From: Candidatus Altiarchaeota archaeon
GTDB lineage: Archaea > Altiarchaeota > Altiarchaeia > IMC4 > SCGC-AAA252-I15
DNA: 64,000 bases
Reading direction: 5' to 3'
Assembly: GCA_043800255.1 (NCBI GenBank)
Contig: JAZDNF010000009.1
Coordinates: 32,001 to 96,000, forward strand
Under the pieces are notes generated by a model. That model worked only from the letters and a program-made list of their open reading frames with translations. It did no database searches and was not told the DNA's origin. Each line of letters starts with the position of its first letter. Positions within the stretch are counted from its first letter, which is position 1. Of this stretch, positions 19,063 to 28,557 are shown piece after piece. The position numbers were made by a program, and so were the translations under genes.

Positions 19063-19986
19063 TAGGAGCACGAAGAGAGAGACTGCTATAAGGTCGGCGG
19101 TCGTGCCAGGGTTGAGCATGTTACCGTCTTCCCTCAACTTTCTGTCAAATTCTTCAACGCTGGATTTTCCGGCAGGAGTGTATATTCCGCCTCTTTCAAG
19201 CGCATCCGCAGCCCAGGCTGAGACCTCCTCCGCCCTCTCCAGGCCGGCTTTCCTGGCTATGAGAGTGTCAGGCATGTTCGCCAATAGGGAGAGGCTGGCC
19301 TGGACGACAGCCATGCTGATATCCTGGAAACTTCCGGAAAGTTTTCTGATCATGGGCGCTACGATACCAAATATAATAGGCATGCCATTAACAAGCTCCT
19401 CTGCAATCCTGTCACGCTCTGAGGACATCCTCATAAGGTAATGGAATGTCAGCCCCTCTGAGATAAGCCTCTCCTTCGAGAGCTCATCACGCGCATCATA
19501 TTCTGATTCCCCGAGGCCGCCAGGCCGGGCTGCCCTGATAGCATCGTACAGGTTGAGAGCGTCCTCCACCGTAGAACTCTCAACGACCTTTCTGATATTA
19601 TGCTGCAGCAGAACCAGGTTACCGTTTCTCTCATATGAGAATCCGGCGGCGGCAGCTATGGGCACGAACAGCATCAGTATCCCAAGGTGAGTGTTACCTC
19701 CACCGTGGGACTTCCTGACCCTGCTGACACCATCATTTATCAGCTCTCCAATCCCGACATTTCTCAGATTCTTGTCATCTTTGATGCCGTAACCTCGCAG
19801 GGCAGCCTCACGGATTACTGGCCTGATGGACTCAGAACCCAGGACATAATCATCGTATGTCGTGTCGCCGAAATCCTTCCCAGGGCTGATGTTGCCAGGC
19901 TTGTCAGCCCCAACCTCAAGCAGACACGCCCTCACAGCGCAGTCAGCTATAAAATCCAATCTCCTCAGCTTCTCAAGATCAGACAT
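19024..19986 (-). CDS. Triphosphoribosyl-dephospho-CoA synthase (CitG) family protein, archaeal type
   Basis: LLEV…KPGN, NTHLG…L..P, DTLIARK.G, NPGTTADL. Confidence 0.88.
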   Translation of the reverse strand: MSDLEKLRRLDFIADCAVRACLLEVGADKPGNISPGKDFGDTTYDDYVLGSESIRPVIREAALRGYGIKDDKNLRNVGIGELINDGVSRVRKSHGGGNTHLGILMLFVPIAAAAGFSYERNGNLVLLQHNIRKVVESSTVEDALNLYDAIRAARPGGLGESEYDARDELSKERLISEGLTFHYLMRMSSERDRIAEELVNGMPIIFGIVAPMIRKLSGSFQDISMAVVQASLSLLANMPDTLIARKAGLERAEEVSAWAADALERGGIYTPAGKSSVEEFDRKLREDGNMLNPGTTADLIAVSLFVLLLRGFHGGLPDAP

Positions 19987-20222
19987 GCGAAGAATATTAG
20001 ATTACAGACAAAAAAACTATTTTCTAGCAGTCCGATACACCTAAGACATTCTTCGTTTTAGTGCGAGTGGGAGCCGCTCATTTTATGGATTTCCTTCGAA
20101 TCGCGGACTGTGATGGATAAGGGAGGATAGTGTCTGAGGCATGCATTAGGGGGCAGCATTTCGCCCGAACAGCCTCATGAAAGATAGGCTCTATTTTTAT
20201 GCTGTGAATCTAGGTATGGTAT

Positions 20223-21173
20223 ATGTTAAAGGTCGTGCAGCCACCCGGAGAGCCGCCTCTCCCTGATGAGATGCCGAATTTCAAGCCTAAGAAGTCCACA
20301 GTCGTGAATGTTGAGGGCATCCGAGCGGAAGTAGTACGCAGGAAGTCCGATTATCCGGGATACGTCCGCGCCGACATAACATTCAACGACATATACCAGA
20401 GCGACTTGTTTGAAAACCACGGGTGGACTGAGGAGCAGGTGAGATCGTTTGACACCCAACTGGCCTCCAAGCTTAAGGGCATGAAGGCGAATGTCGAGTG
20501 GGAGGACAAGGAGCTGTTCCATGTTGACGTGCCTGCGACGGCAACGAGGGACGCCGTCTCAGACGTTGCTGAGGCTGTGAAGTCGCTGATTCAGAAGCCG
20601 TTAACTGATGTTGAAATCAAGGGTGCGGCGGACGAGGTGAAGGCGGCTGCGGAGGCGGCCAAGGAATCGCTGACGAGGATGATGTCTGAAACCAGCAGCA
20701 AAGAGAATCTTTTCCAAGCATACAAGGACCCGAACCCGGAAAAAACATGGGAACACAACGGCTACTGCGCGGTTAAGAGGACGACTTTTGCAAAAGCTGG
20801 AGGGATAGGATACGAGGACGGCGAATTCCTGGGGAGGGAATACCGTAGGACTGCGACGAAAAAGGGGATGTGCATTCTTGACATCTCACTCAGCGGCGAA
20901 CCGTTTCACTGCCTCTACGGGGGCAGAGAGATTGTGGAGGGCAGATTCGGCTTCCCTGAACAGTACAGCAGCGAACTGTTGGGGATTGTATCGGGTATGG
21001 CGGCGCCGGGAGAAGTGGTTAAATCGCAGGCGCAGATTAGCGCCAGAAAAGGGAGTCTGGCCGACGGAGAACACGTGAAGCTGCTGTGCACGAAGGATTT
21101 CTCGGAGAAGGTAGTTACCTCGCTTAAGGCAAGGTACAGTGACCTGCAGGACACAGCCCAGCAGAAGAGATAA
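20223..21173 (+). CDS. Hypothetical protein
   Basis: 316-aa ORF with ATG and upstream TTTTTAT; no recognisable motif. Confidence 0.6.
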   Translation: MLKVVQPPGEPPLPDEMPNFKPKKSTVVNVEGIRAEVVRRKSDYPGYVRADITFNDIYQSDLFENHGWTEEQVRSFDTQLASKLKGMKANVEWEDKELFHVDVPATATRDAVSDVAEAVKSLIQKPLTDVEIKGAADEVKAAAEAAKESLTRMMSETSSKENLFQAYKDPNPEKTWEHNGYCAVKRTTFAKAGGIGYEDGEFLGREYRRTATKKGMCILDISLSGEPFHCLYGGREIVEGRFGFPEQYSSELLGIVSGMAAPGEVVKSQAQISARKGSLADGEHVKLLCTKDFSEKVVTSLKARYSDLQDTAQQKR

Positions 21174-21194
21174 ACGGCCTCGCAAACTTCAGGA

Positions 21195-22820
21195 CTATTT
21201 CTCTGATAGTATTCCAACACTTCTGAGGTATTCTTCTTGCTGCTTTGAGCCGGATTCCCTGAACGCTTCCATATTCTGCATTAACGTTTCAGGATTAACG
21301 TCCACGGTCGCGGTTTTCGCGTATGCTTCGCAGTTCCTCCTCAGAACATTGGAGTCGACTTGGATATCCTTTGTCCTAGCGTATGCCTCAAGCATCCTCC
21401 TCAACGTCTCAGCGTCAACCGTTGGGAGAGGCTCAACGCGGATAGTACCCCCCTCTTGAGGCCCAATCCGCTGAGAAGGATCAAGCCTAGTTAGGAATTC
21501 TTGAGGGGGTAGTGATTGTGGTTTTATCTGAGAATCATCGATTTTAGGCAGGGAATCCCTCATAGCCTTCTGAGCACGCTCAAAAACCTTAGGATCAACG
21601 TCAATGGATTCGCCGCCTTCTCGTCTGAAAACCGCGTACATGTTCCGCACGACAGTCTCAGCATCAAGTTGACCCTCGATATGAAAACTAGCCTCTCCGA
21701 CTGTTCCTGTTCGAGTCAAAGTCCCACCCTTAAGAACACTACCGTCTTTAGCAGGACGAGACTCTCCGGCTTGAGCTCTGATATCAATAGTCCCGCCTCT
21801 ATTAGCAACGGCAGCCTCGTCGAATTTTCGCGTGCGAGTCACAGTCCCATCCTTAAAAACAGTACCGTCATCAACAGGAACAAACTCCTCAACCTTTCCT
21901 GTGCGGGTCAAGGTCCCGCCCTTAAGAACGCTACCGTCTTTAGCAGGACGAGACTCTCCAGCTACTCCTGTACTGGTAAAAATCCCATCCTTAAAAACAC
22001 TAACAGGTTCAGCACTTTCACCAGGTTTTATTTCACCAGGCTTTAGAGTATACTCTCTCGGAGTTCCCAAATCCCCTTTCACATGGATTGTCACACCCTC
22101 GGCACCCGCGTACTTTCGTGCGAATTCTTCAGGAGATAAAATCGTATCAGGCTTGCCATTTTCACTGACTCTGATCTTGCCTTCAGGACCCATGGGAAAG
22201 CCGAACGGCTTACTTTCTTCGGGCCCTGTGAAGCTACCCCCAGGACCCATACGAAAGCCAAAGTGAGTGGGCCCACCACCCAATAGGGTTCCTACACTGC
22301 CGTGTACTGTGTACGTGCTAGTCTTACCATCTAATATGAATCTTTCTGTTTGACCTTTCAAACCGTTGATTTGAATCTGTTTATCGCCATATTTGGTGTT
22401 AGGCGCCTTCCTACTGTAGTCGACGAACCCCCTACTGAATTCGCTGAACATGGCCCCGCCATCTATCCCACATGCTGTAACATCAAGTGTAACATCGCCT
22501 TCGCTCCTCTGGACTGCGGCGCTGATTGACCTGATAGCCTTCTCCTGAAAGTCGACATCGCCTTTAAAGGTGGGTAATGTTTCGGAAACGAACTTCTGCA
22601 GGGTCTTCTCATTTATGCCCTTCACCCCAGCATCATCCAATATTCTGACGAACGAATCAGGAACCGCCCTTATTGGACCAACATTCCCAGATTCGATAGG
22701 ACTGTCAGCACGCACACCTTCAAAACTCTTGTACATGTGTTCTAAAGCCTCCAAATGAGCTCGATTAATAGGTTGCAGTTCCTTCGGGCCTCCGAGCCCG
22801 CCAAATTCTTTTTGCACCAT
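21195..22820 (-). CDS. Hypothetical repeat protein (possible GXGXG/FwdC-like beta-solenoid plus helical repeats)
   Basis: 541-aa ORF with tandem V(F/L)K(D/G)GTxTRTG units and C-terminal VDxExLxRNxEAY-like units. Confidence 0.65.
   Translation of the reverse strand: MVQKEFGGLGGPKELQPINRAHLEALEHMYKSFEGVRADSPIESGNVGPIRAVPDSFVRILDDAGVKGINEKTLQKFVSETLPTFKGDVDFQEKAIRSISAAVQRSEGDVTLDVTACGIDGGAMFSEFSRGFVDYSRKAPNTKYGDKQIQINGLKGQTERFILDGKTSTYTVHGSVGTLLGGGPTHFGFRMGPGGSFTGPEESKPFGFPMGPEGKIRVSENGKPDTILSPEEFARKYAGAEGVTIHVKGDLGTPREYTLKPGEIKPGESAEPVSVFKDGIFTSTGVAGESRPAKDGSVLKGGTLTRTGKVEEFVPVDDGTVFKDGTVTRTRKFDEAAVANRGGTIDIRAQAGESRPAKDGSVLKGGTLTRTGTVGEASFHIEGQLDAETVVRNMYAVFRREGGESIDVDPKVFERAQKAMRDSLPKIDDSQIKPQSLPPQEFLTRLDPSQRIGPQEGGTIRVEPLPTVDAETLRRMLEAYARTKDIQVDSNVLRRNCEAYAKTATVDVNPETLMQNMEAFRESGSKQQEEYLRSVGILSEK
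21705..21962. repeat. 66-bp intragenic direct repeat (21705-21770 and 21897-21962)
   Basis: Both copies encode AGESRPAKDGSVLKGGTLTRTG; 6 differences, all synonymous. Confidence 0.9.
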
Positions 22821-22866
22821 CAGGAATCAACTCTACGTTAATGATAGAGTAAACATTGTTTAAATA

Positions 22867-23736
22867 TTAGTCTCTGAGCCGTATCTTATGCTTCCCCAGC
22901 CTGCCGCCGTAGTTGCCTGCTGAGATCTTTATCAGGCCCCTGACATCGGAAGCTGCTTTTATGCCCTCATGCATGGCCTTCTCGACCGATTTCACGTCCC
23001 GGCCGTCTATGACGATCTCGATGACAGAGTTGACATTGTCAGGAAGCTCACAACCTTCAAGCTCCTTCAACGTTGGGCACAGGGTATGATGGGTTGACGC
23101 TACCATGAACTTGTACTTTGACCCTACCTTGGAGCCGGAAGCGCAGAGGCCGCCCGGGAAGGGGGTTATGACACCGCCTATGCTGTTGATGCGTCCGATG
23201 ACCCTCTCGCCGGCTTCGAGAGCCGAATCCTGCGAATCAGCCATAAGCCACAGGTTGCCGCCCATGACACCATCGGCGTAGCCTATCTTCTCCTCGATGA
23301 GGAACTCCCCCAACATTATCGGGATGGACACCATCCGCCTCCCGTATTTTTCAACAATCTTCTGGTGGCCGTCGCCGAAGAAGCCGACCTTCTTCCCGAT
23401 ATCAAACTCATTGCCGGAGGTTGCGTTGTAGACTGACGCTGTCGGGCAGGTCAGGATCGAATTGCCTATCCTGTGAATCAAAACCAGCTCCAGCTTCCTC
23501 ACAGGGTCTTCCAGGAACTTGGGCACGTGGAACTGGACCAGCGCCCCTATTCTGCCGTCGGGGGTGTCGTCTGCCAGCCTATCGAGGCCTGCCTCGCAGT
23601 CGCAGCCTATTGAACTGGAGGCGTTGCCTGTGACAGCCTCCACCGCATGATTAAGCCACTTCCCGTTCTTGGCTGTGATTAGAACCTCAGAGTAATAGCT
23701 TCCGAAAGCCTCAGCATAGGTGTCTTCGACTTCCAT
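22867..23736 (-). CDS. ftr: Formylmethanofuran--tetrahydromethanopterin N-formyltransferase
   Basis: EDTYAEAF, TPDGR.G, LTCPT, FFGDG.Q, GGN, PFPGG..SGSKVGS.Y, AGNYGG.LG. Confidence 0.93.
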   Translation of the reverse strand: MEVEDTYAEAFGSYYSEVLITAKNGKWLNHAVEAVTGNASSSIGCDCEAGLDRLADDTPDGRIGALVQFHVPKFLEDPVRKLELVLIHRIGNSILTCPTASVYNATSGNEFDIGKKVGFFGDGHQKIVEKYGRRMVSIPIMLGEFLIEEKIGYADGVMGGNLWLMADSQDSALEAGERVIGRINSIGGVITPFPGGLCASGSKVGSKYKFMVASTHHTLCPTLKELEGCELPDNVNSVIEIVIDGRDVKSVEKAMHEGIKAASDVRGLIKISAGNYGGRLGKHKIRLRD

Positions 23737-23742
23737 GTCCTA

Positions 23743-24156
23743 TTATAGAATTTCAAGTTTAATATTTAGCTCATGCCCCTGTTTCAGACTATCCACGAGC
23801 TTTCTGCTGAAATCCGAAGCCGATTTGTCTGCTCTGACAGCCAGCGTCCGCGGGCAGACGTACTCGCTCTTCCGCACCACCATCTCAATGGGGTTCGAGA
23901 ATGTCAACCCAGGATGGCCCCATGCGTTGACCTCCTCGATGAGGCCGTCGCACTCCAATGTTATCATCAGCCTGCAGCCGTCCCGCAGCTTCCGCTTGAA
24001 CTCCTTGGAGAAGTCGTTCATCCCCCTGTCAGCAGACACGGCGACGATGCAGTCGCCCCTCACAGTGAGATGATGCTCGCGCGTGAATTCAAAAGTCGTT
24101 TCATGCTTCGCGCGCAGGTTAGGATGGCCTCTGGCTGTTATGCGTTCAGATATCAT
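23743..24156 (-). CDS. DUF371 family protein
   Basis: ARGHPN..A.H.TT.E.T…LT.RGDCI, V.RKS, RT..V.ADK.A. Confidence 0.9.
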   Translation of the reverse strand: MISERITARGHPNLRAKHETTFEFTREHHLTVRGDCIVAVSADRGMNDFSKEFKRKLRDGCRLMITLECDGLIEEVNAWGHPGLTFSNPIEMVVRKSEYVCPRTLAVRADKSASDFSRKLVDSLKQGHELNIKLEIL

Positions 24157-24869
24157 TCCATTATGGATTTCAGGACTTCCGGCGCGTTAGCCTCCACGCC
24201 CCGCTTTCTGAAGAACTTGCATATGTGCTCAACATCACGCTCCAAGAGCTTGCCGGAAATCTGGCTCTTGTCAGTGACTCCCATCGAAAAGTCTATGAAA
24301 ACCGGCCTCTTATGGTAGAGGATGTTGTACTCGCTCAGGTCCCCGTGCACCAGACCCCCCTTGTAGAGTTTCCGCATGCTGCCGACCACATCCTCGAATG
24401 CTTTCTTAGGGTTCTCAAGCTTTGTGTCCTTCAGCGGCGGGGCTGGGCCTCTTTCATCGCCGACGTAATCCATGACAAGTATGTTATCGACGACAGCATA
24501 CGGTTTCGGGCATTTTATCAGCCTGCTCGCAATAGTCTGATTCCTGTACTCCCTCTGAGCCCACTGGTAGACTATCTTCCTCTTATGTCCTCCGATGCTG
24601 AACCTCGGGTCGTTTCTGATGTAGTCTGCCATGTTCCTGAAGTCTGATGCCTCGATTAGGTATATTTTAACAGCAACCCGCTTCTTCTTCCTCAGCCCCA
24701 AGTAGACGTTGGATTCCTTCCCTGTTTTTATGATGCCGACCAGCCTGTCCAGCTGGCCCTTCTTCAGCAGGTCATAGAGGGCCATCATAGTCGGCCTGTC
24801 GAAGACGCCCTGACTTATCTTGTCCTGCTCTATGAAGTGGTGCAGTTTCTTGTCAAGTGTTTTGGACAT
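24153..24869 (-). CDS. rio1: RIO1 family Ser/Thr kinase/ATPase
   Basis: TGKESNVY, AVKIY, W…EYRN, LVHGDLSEYNIL, IDFS; adjacent to aIF-1A. Confidence 0.93.
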   Translation of the reverse strand: MSKTLDKKLHHFIEQDKISQGVFDRPTMMALYDLLKKGQLDRLVGIIKTGKESNVYLGLRKKKRVAVKIYLIEASDFRNMADYIRNDPRFSIGGHKRKIVYQWAQREYRNQTIASRLIKCPKPYAVVDNILVMDYVGDERGPAPPLKDTKLENPKKAFEDVVGSMRKLYKGGLVHGDLSEYNILYHKRPVFIDFSMGVTDKSQISGKLLERDVEHICKFFRKRGVEANAPEVLKSIME

Positions 24870-24881
24870 GTTAGGAGAAGG

Positions 24882-25217
24882 CTATTCGATTTCAAGGCCC
24901 TTGAGATGGCCTTTTCGCTGGAGCCAGTCAGCCTGCTGGTGCGTGTACCTCCAGAGGATGTCACCGCGCTCGTTGGTCTGAACAGACCAAGGCTCTATGA
25001 GGACGATGTTCCCTTCTTTTATCCAGATGCGCCGTCTTATCTTTCCCGGAATCCTGCACAGTCTCGTGTGACCGTCAATGCATTTGATGAGCATCCTCCT
25101 GTCGCCGAGAAGCTGCTCGACCTCTCCAAGGAGTTGGCCGCGCCTGGGCAACCTCACCCTGGTTATAACACCCTCCTCGGTGCGCTCCTCACCAGTATTG
25201 TCAAAGTCCTCTTCCAT
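24882..25217 (-). CDS. eif1A: Translation initiation factor aIF-1A
   Basis: RVRLP, LG, C.DG.TRLCRIPGK..RRIWI..G, PW, DI.WRY. Confidence 0.95.
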   Translation of the reverse strand: MEEDFDNTGEERTEEGVITRVRLPRRGQLLGEVEQLLGDRRMLIKCIDGHTRLCRIPGKIRRRIWIKEGNIVLIEPWSVQTNERGDILWRYTHQQADWLQRKGHLKGLEIE

Positions 25218-25254
25218 GGTATGAGTTAATAATTTAATATGCCATTATTTAAAC

Positions 25255-25641
25255 ATGTTTCCGTTTGATAGGCTTAAATTTAGAAGAGTCGACGGAATCG
25301 ACGGTCTTGTGACCGTTGTCGCCCAGGATTGGAAGACTAATGATGTTCTGATGGTTGCTTACGCTAATAGGGAGGCGATCGAGAAGACTCTCAAGACCGG
25401 CAGAGTCCATTACTATTCGACAAGCAGGAAGAGGATATGGTTGAAGGGGGAGAATTCAGGGCACACGCAAGCTGTGAAGGGAATCCTGGTGGACTGCGAC
25501 GGCGACGCGCTCCTAATCAAGGTGGAACAGAAGGGTGGAGCATGCCACACAGGATACAGGAGCTGCTTCTACAGGAAGGTCAGGGGAGAACGGCTGGAAG
25601 AGCAGGGGAGGAGGGTGTTCGACCCTGAGAAGGTCTACTGA
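25255..25641 (+). CDS. hisI: Phosphoribosyl-AMP cyclohydrolase
   Basis: YYS.SR..W.KGE.SGH.Q, DCDGD, ACHTG..SCF. Confidence 0.95.
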   Translation: MFPFDRLKFRRVDGIDGLVTVVAQDWKTNDVLMVAYANREAIEKTLKTGRVHYYSTSRKRIWLKGENSGHTQAVKGILVDCDGDALLIKVEQKGGACHTGYRSCFYRKVRGERLEEQGRRVFDPEKVY

Positions 25642-25642
25642 T

Positions 25643-25936
25643 ATGGAAAACCTCGATGTGCTGGAACGGCTCTGGAATATCATCGAAGACAGGCGCAAGA
25701 ACCCGACGGCAGGCTCATACACTGCCAAGATGATGGCAGACAGGGAAAGACTCTTCGAGAAGCTTCAGGAAGAGCTTCAGGAGATTATAGAGGCCGCGAG
25801 GAATGGGAAAATGGAGGGCAAGGACTCCCTCAGCTGGGAGACTGCGGACTTCCTCTACCACCTGCTCGTCCTGCTGTCGCTCGAAGGCTTAGACCCGGAT
25901 ATGGTCCTCTCCGAGCTTGAAGGCAGGATGAGATGA
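25643..25936 (+). CDS. hisE: Phosphoribosyl-ATP pyrophosphohydrolase
   Basis: Start MENLDVL at 25643; SYT, K..EE..E, E.AD.LYH, EL..R. Confidence 0.9.
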   Translation: MENLDVLERLWNIIEDRRKNPTAGSYTAKMMADRERLFEKLQEELQEIIEAARNGKMEGKDSLSWETADFLYHLLVLLSLEGLDPDMVLSELEGRMR

Positions 25937-26457
25937 AAAAGAAGGCTAAGGAGCGCATACTGCAGAAATATGTCTTCATCGCCATTCTGGTCGTCGCAAT
26001 ACTGGCCTACTACTTCAGCTCGGACTCGATAAGGCGGCTGAGGTTCACGGTAGCAAGCGTATTCTTCCTTGTCGTCGCGTACCCCATAGGGCTGCTGAGC
26101 CCGCTGCTGTCTATACTGTTCACCCTGTTCTCGTTCGCAGTGTCGTTGCCCATACTCTCTACGCTGTATCTGATGGTAGCCTACACGCTGTCAAACATAC
26201 ACTACATCATAATCAGCATAGTTGTGAAAGGCGTCCTGAGGAGGATTCCAGCATATGGTAGGCTGGAGATAAAGGTCAGGGACTCTAAACAGTACAAGTG
26301 GCTTTCCAAGAAGCTCAGCAAGCTGTCGAATGAAGTCGGGCTCGTGGAACCCAGGAAAGTGAGGTTCCTAGAGATGATAACCTGCGACTACTGCGAGAGG
26401 TACATAACAAGGGGGAGCAAATATTGCGGCTTCTGCGGAAAAGAGCAGTGGCTATGA
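25933..26457 (+). CDS. Membrane protein with C-terminal double-CxxC zinc ribbon
   Basis: 3-4 TM helices; CDYC…YCGFCG. ATGA overlap with hisE. Confidence 0.7.
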   Translation: MKKKAKERILQKYVFIAILVVAILAYYFSSDSIRRLRFTVASVFFLVVAYPIGLLSPLLSILFTLFSFAVSLPILSTLYLMVAYTLSNIHYIIISIVVKGVLRRIPAYGRLEIKVRDSKQYKWLSKKLSKLSNEVGLVEPRKVRFLEMITCDYCERYITRGSKYCGFCGKEQWL

Positions 26458-27942
26458 GCCGTTCTGCTCCAGCTTGATGCCCTCCTTGATCTCAGCTATG
26501 ACCGACTTCGGGTTCGTCTGATATCTTTGGAGGTAGGTTATCACGTCCTTGTTCTCTTTTATGCCCTTCTTCAGCATGTACTCTAGGACTTTCTCCCTGA
26601 TGTATATCTCAGTGTTAAGCCTCTTCTTGGATATGCCGCATGTTTTGGCGATCTTCTCCTTCAGCATTATAGGATACTCTGTCCTGTTGATCTTGTCCTC
26701 AGTCATGTTCCAACTGTAGATGTCTCCCATCTGCACGACGTCCTTTTCGACGCCAGTGATCTCGGCAACCTGCGTGACCCTCCTCATGAGGCCCCTGCTC
26801 CTGTCGAATATCCTGTTCACGACCACTATCATGTCAATCAGAGGTATCATCCGGATCGGGACGTCCATGGGCGCCTCCATCATCCTGATGGTAGTCTCCC
26901 TCGCGTTGTTCGCGTGGATCGTGCCCATCGAGCCGTTCAAGCCGATGTCCATGGCAACCAGGAGAGTCTCAGCCTCCGCGCCTCTGACTTCGCCGACCAT
27001 CACCCGGTCAGGCCTCATCCGGAGGGAGTTCTTCAATAGGCTGTGCAGGTCCAGGCGGCTGCTGTCGCTGGTCGCATAGGGCGAGCCCTCCAATGCGACC
27101 CAGTTTTCTATGAATGAGAAGTTCAACTCCAGAGTGTCCTCCACAGTGACGATTCTCTCGGTGTTCGGTATGCACATGGCAAGCGCGTTCAACAGGGTTG
27201 TCTTCCCGCTGCCAGCGCCTCCCGCGATCAGTATGTCAAGCGGCTCGATTCCGAAGCCCTCCACCGCAACCCACAGGAACGCGGCAAGCTCCGCGCTCAG
27301 GCTGCCCAACTCTATGAGGTTCACGATGTTGTAGGGTATCTTCTTGAACTTTCGGATGGTGATTGCCGGACCATAGGGAGCTGCAGGCGATACCACGACG
27401 TTGGCTCTGCTGCCGTCCGGCATGTGGGCGTCAAGCAGGGGGGATTTGTCGTTGACCTCCCTGCCAGCGTACCTTGAAAGCCAGTTTATGATGCTATTGA
27501 TCTGCTCTATGGACTTGCACTGGAGGTTAGTCACGCACATGCCGTGCTTGCGGTGGAAGACGTATATCGGCACCTTTATGCCGTTCACCATAATCTCTTC
27601 CAATGCATCGTCTCTCATCAGCTCGCCCAGGATGCCGTATCCCAAGAAGACCTCGTCCATCACGATGGAAACGAGCCGGTCGATGTTCTTCTGGGAGACG
27701 TTCCTGCCCTCAAGCTGCTTTTGCAGATAGTCTCTGAGGAACTTCTCCTTGTCGGTTGACGATTTTATAGTCTCAAGGTCCTTCATGACGGACTTGAAGT
27801 CGGAGACCAGAGTCCGGGGGTCGGATATTATGAGCTTCTCGTCGTCGTTGAACTCTGGCTTTAGCAGAACGTACTTGGGGAGAGATTCCTCGTCGGTTTT
27901 TACAATCTTAACGTTCCCGTATGAGTCTATGACATCAGGCAT
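26452..27942 (-). CDS. CpaF/VirB11-family type IV pilus/secretion ATPase (orphan copy)
   Basis: EEIMVNG, DGSR.N, ITIRKF, GGAGSGKTT, TVEDT.EL, LRMRPDR..VGEVRG.E, TIHA. Confidence 0.93.
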   Translation of the reverse strand: MPDVIDSYGNVKIVKTDEESLPKYVLLKPEFNDDEKLIISDPRTLVSDFKSVMKDLETIKSSTDKEKFLRDYLQKQLEGRNVSQKNIDRLVSIVMDEVFLGYGILGELMRDDALEEIMVNGIKVPIYVFHRKHGMCVTNLQCKSIEQINSIINWLSRYAGREVNDKSPLLDAHMPDGSRANVVVSPAAPYGPAITIRKFKKIPYNIVNLIELGSLSAELAAFLWVAVEGFGIEPLDILIAGGAGSGKTTLLNALAMCIPNTERIVTVEDTLELNFSFIENWVALEGSPYATSDSSRLDLHSLLKNSLRMRPDRVMVGEVRGAEAETLLVAMDIGLNGSMGTIHANNARETTIRMMEAPMDVPIRMIPLIDMIVVVNRIFDRSRGLMRRVTQVAEITGVEKDVVQMGDIYSWNMTEDKINRTEYPIMLKEKIAKTCGISKKRLNTEIYIREKVLEYMLKKGIKENKDVITYLQRYQTNPKSVIAEIKEGIKLEQNGS

Positions 27943-27973
27943 AGATATTAATTCGAATCAGGTTAAAAAAACG

Positions 27974-28557
27974 CTACTGACAGGTGTTGACGCCCTCATA
28001 GCACTTGAGGGTGCCGCCGCATTTCTCAACAGGGGATTGGAATGCCGAATATGTCCGCCATTCCCCCACAAGTACTGTGCTAGGGTCCCTGCAGACCGGC
28101 TTATCCTGTCTCAGGTTGAGGAAGTGCTGGGGATAGGGGGTGTGGATTCTTCCGCAGTTATTGACGTCTCAGAGCGGTTCTCGGTTTTGTCGCACAAAGA
28201 GTTCGAATTCAAGTCCAAGCAGCATCCGCCGCCGTCCCTGATGTAGGGAGGGTTGCATATCACTGCAGGGGTCTTGCTCTTGGGCTCTGACGGCGACAGA
28301 AGGGCTGCCAGAAGGGCTATTAGTATTACGATAATGACAGCGACGCCGGCATAGGCTAAGGGCTTTCGGTTCTTAACCTCACCAACCGCCTTTGGCCTGG
28401 GCTTCCCCTCGCTCAATCTCAGGTAGTTCTCATAGGCGTCAAAGCTCGTGAAGACTATGGGCTGGCCCTTGTAACCGCAACTGTTGCACACGTATGTTCC
28501 GTCTTCTCCCTTTGACAGGCTGGTGCCGTTACACTTCACGCAAACTTCGACTGCCAT
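27974..28557 (-). pseudogene. Zn-ribbon/TM/Cys-rich surface protein, probably frameshifted (intact ORF part 28111-28557)
   Basis: MAVEVCVKC…CNSCG, TM helix, CNPPYI…CCLD.NSN.LCD, stop at 28111. Cys-rich coding-like sequence continues in two other frames to TAG at 27974. Confidence 0.55.

Noticed and set aside
21705-21962. 66-bp repeat pair with several A/G differences as a DGR template/variable pair
   Set aside because: All differences are synonymous and mostly T/C on the coding strand, both copies are inside one ORF, and no reverse transcriptase is in the window.
28111-28113. TGA read-through (selenocysteine or recoding)
   Set aside because: The in-frame continuation is not protein-like, the Cys-rich tail is in other frames, and TGA is a normal stop in many genes here.
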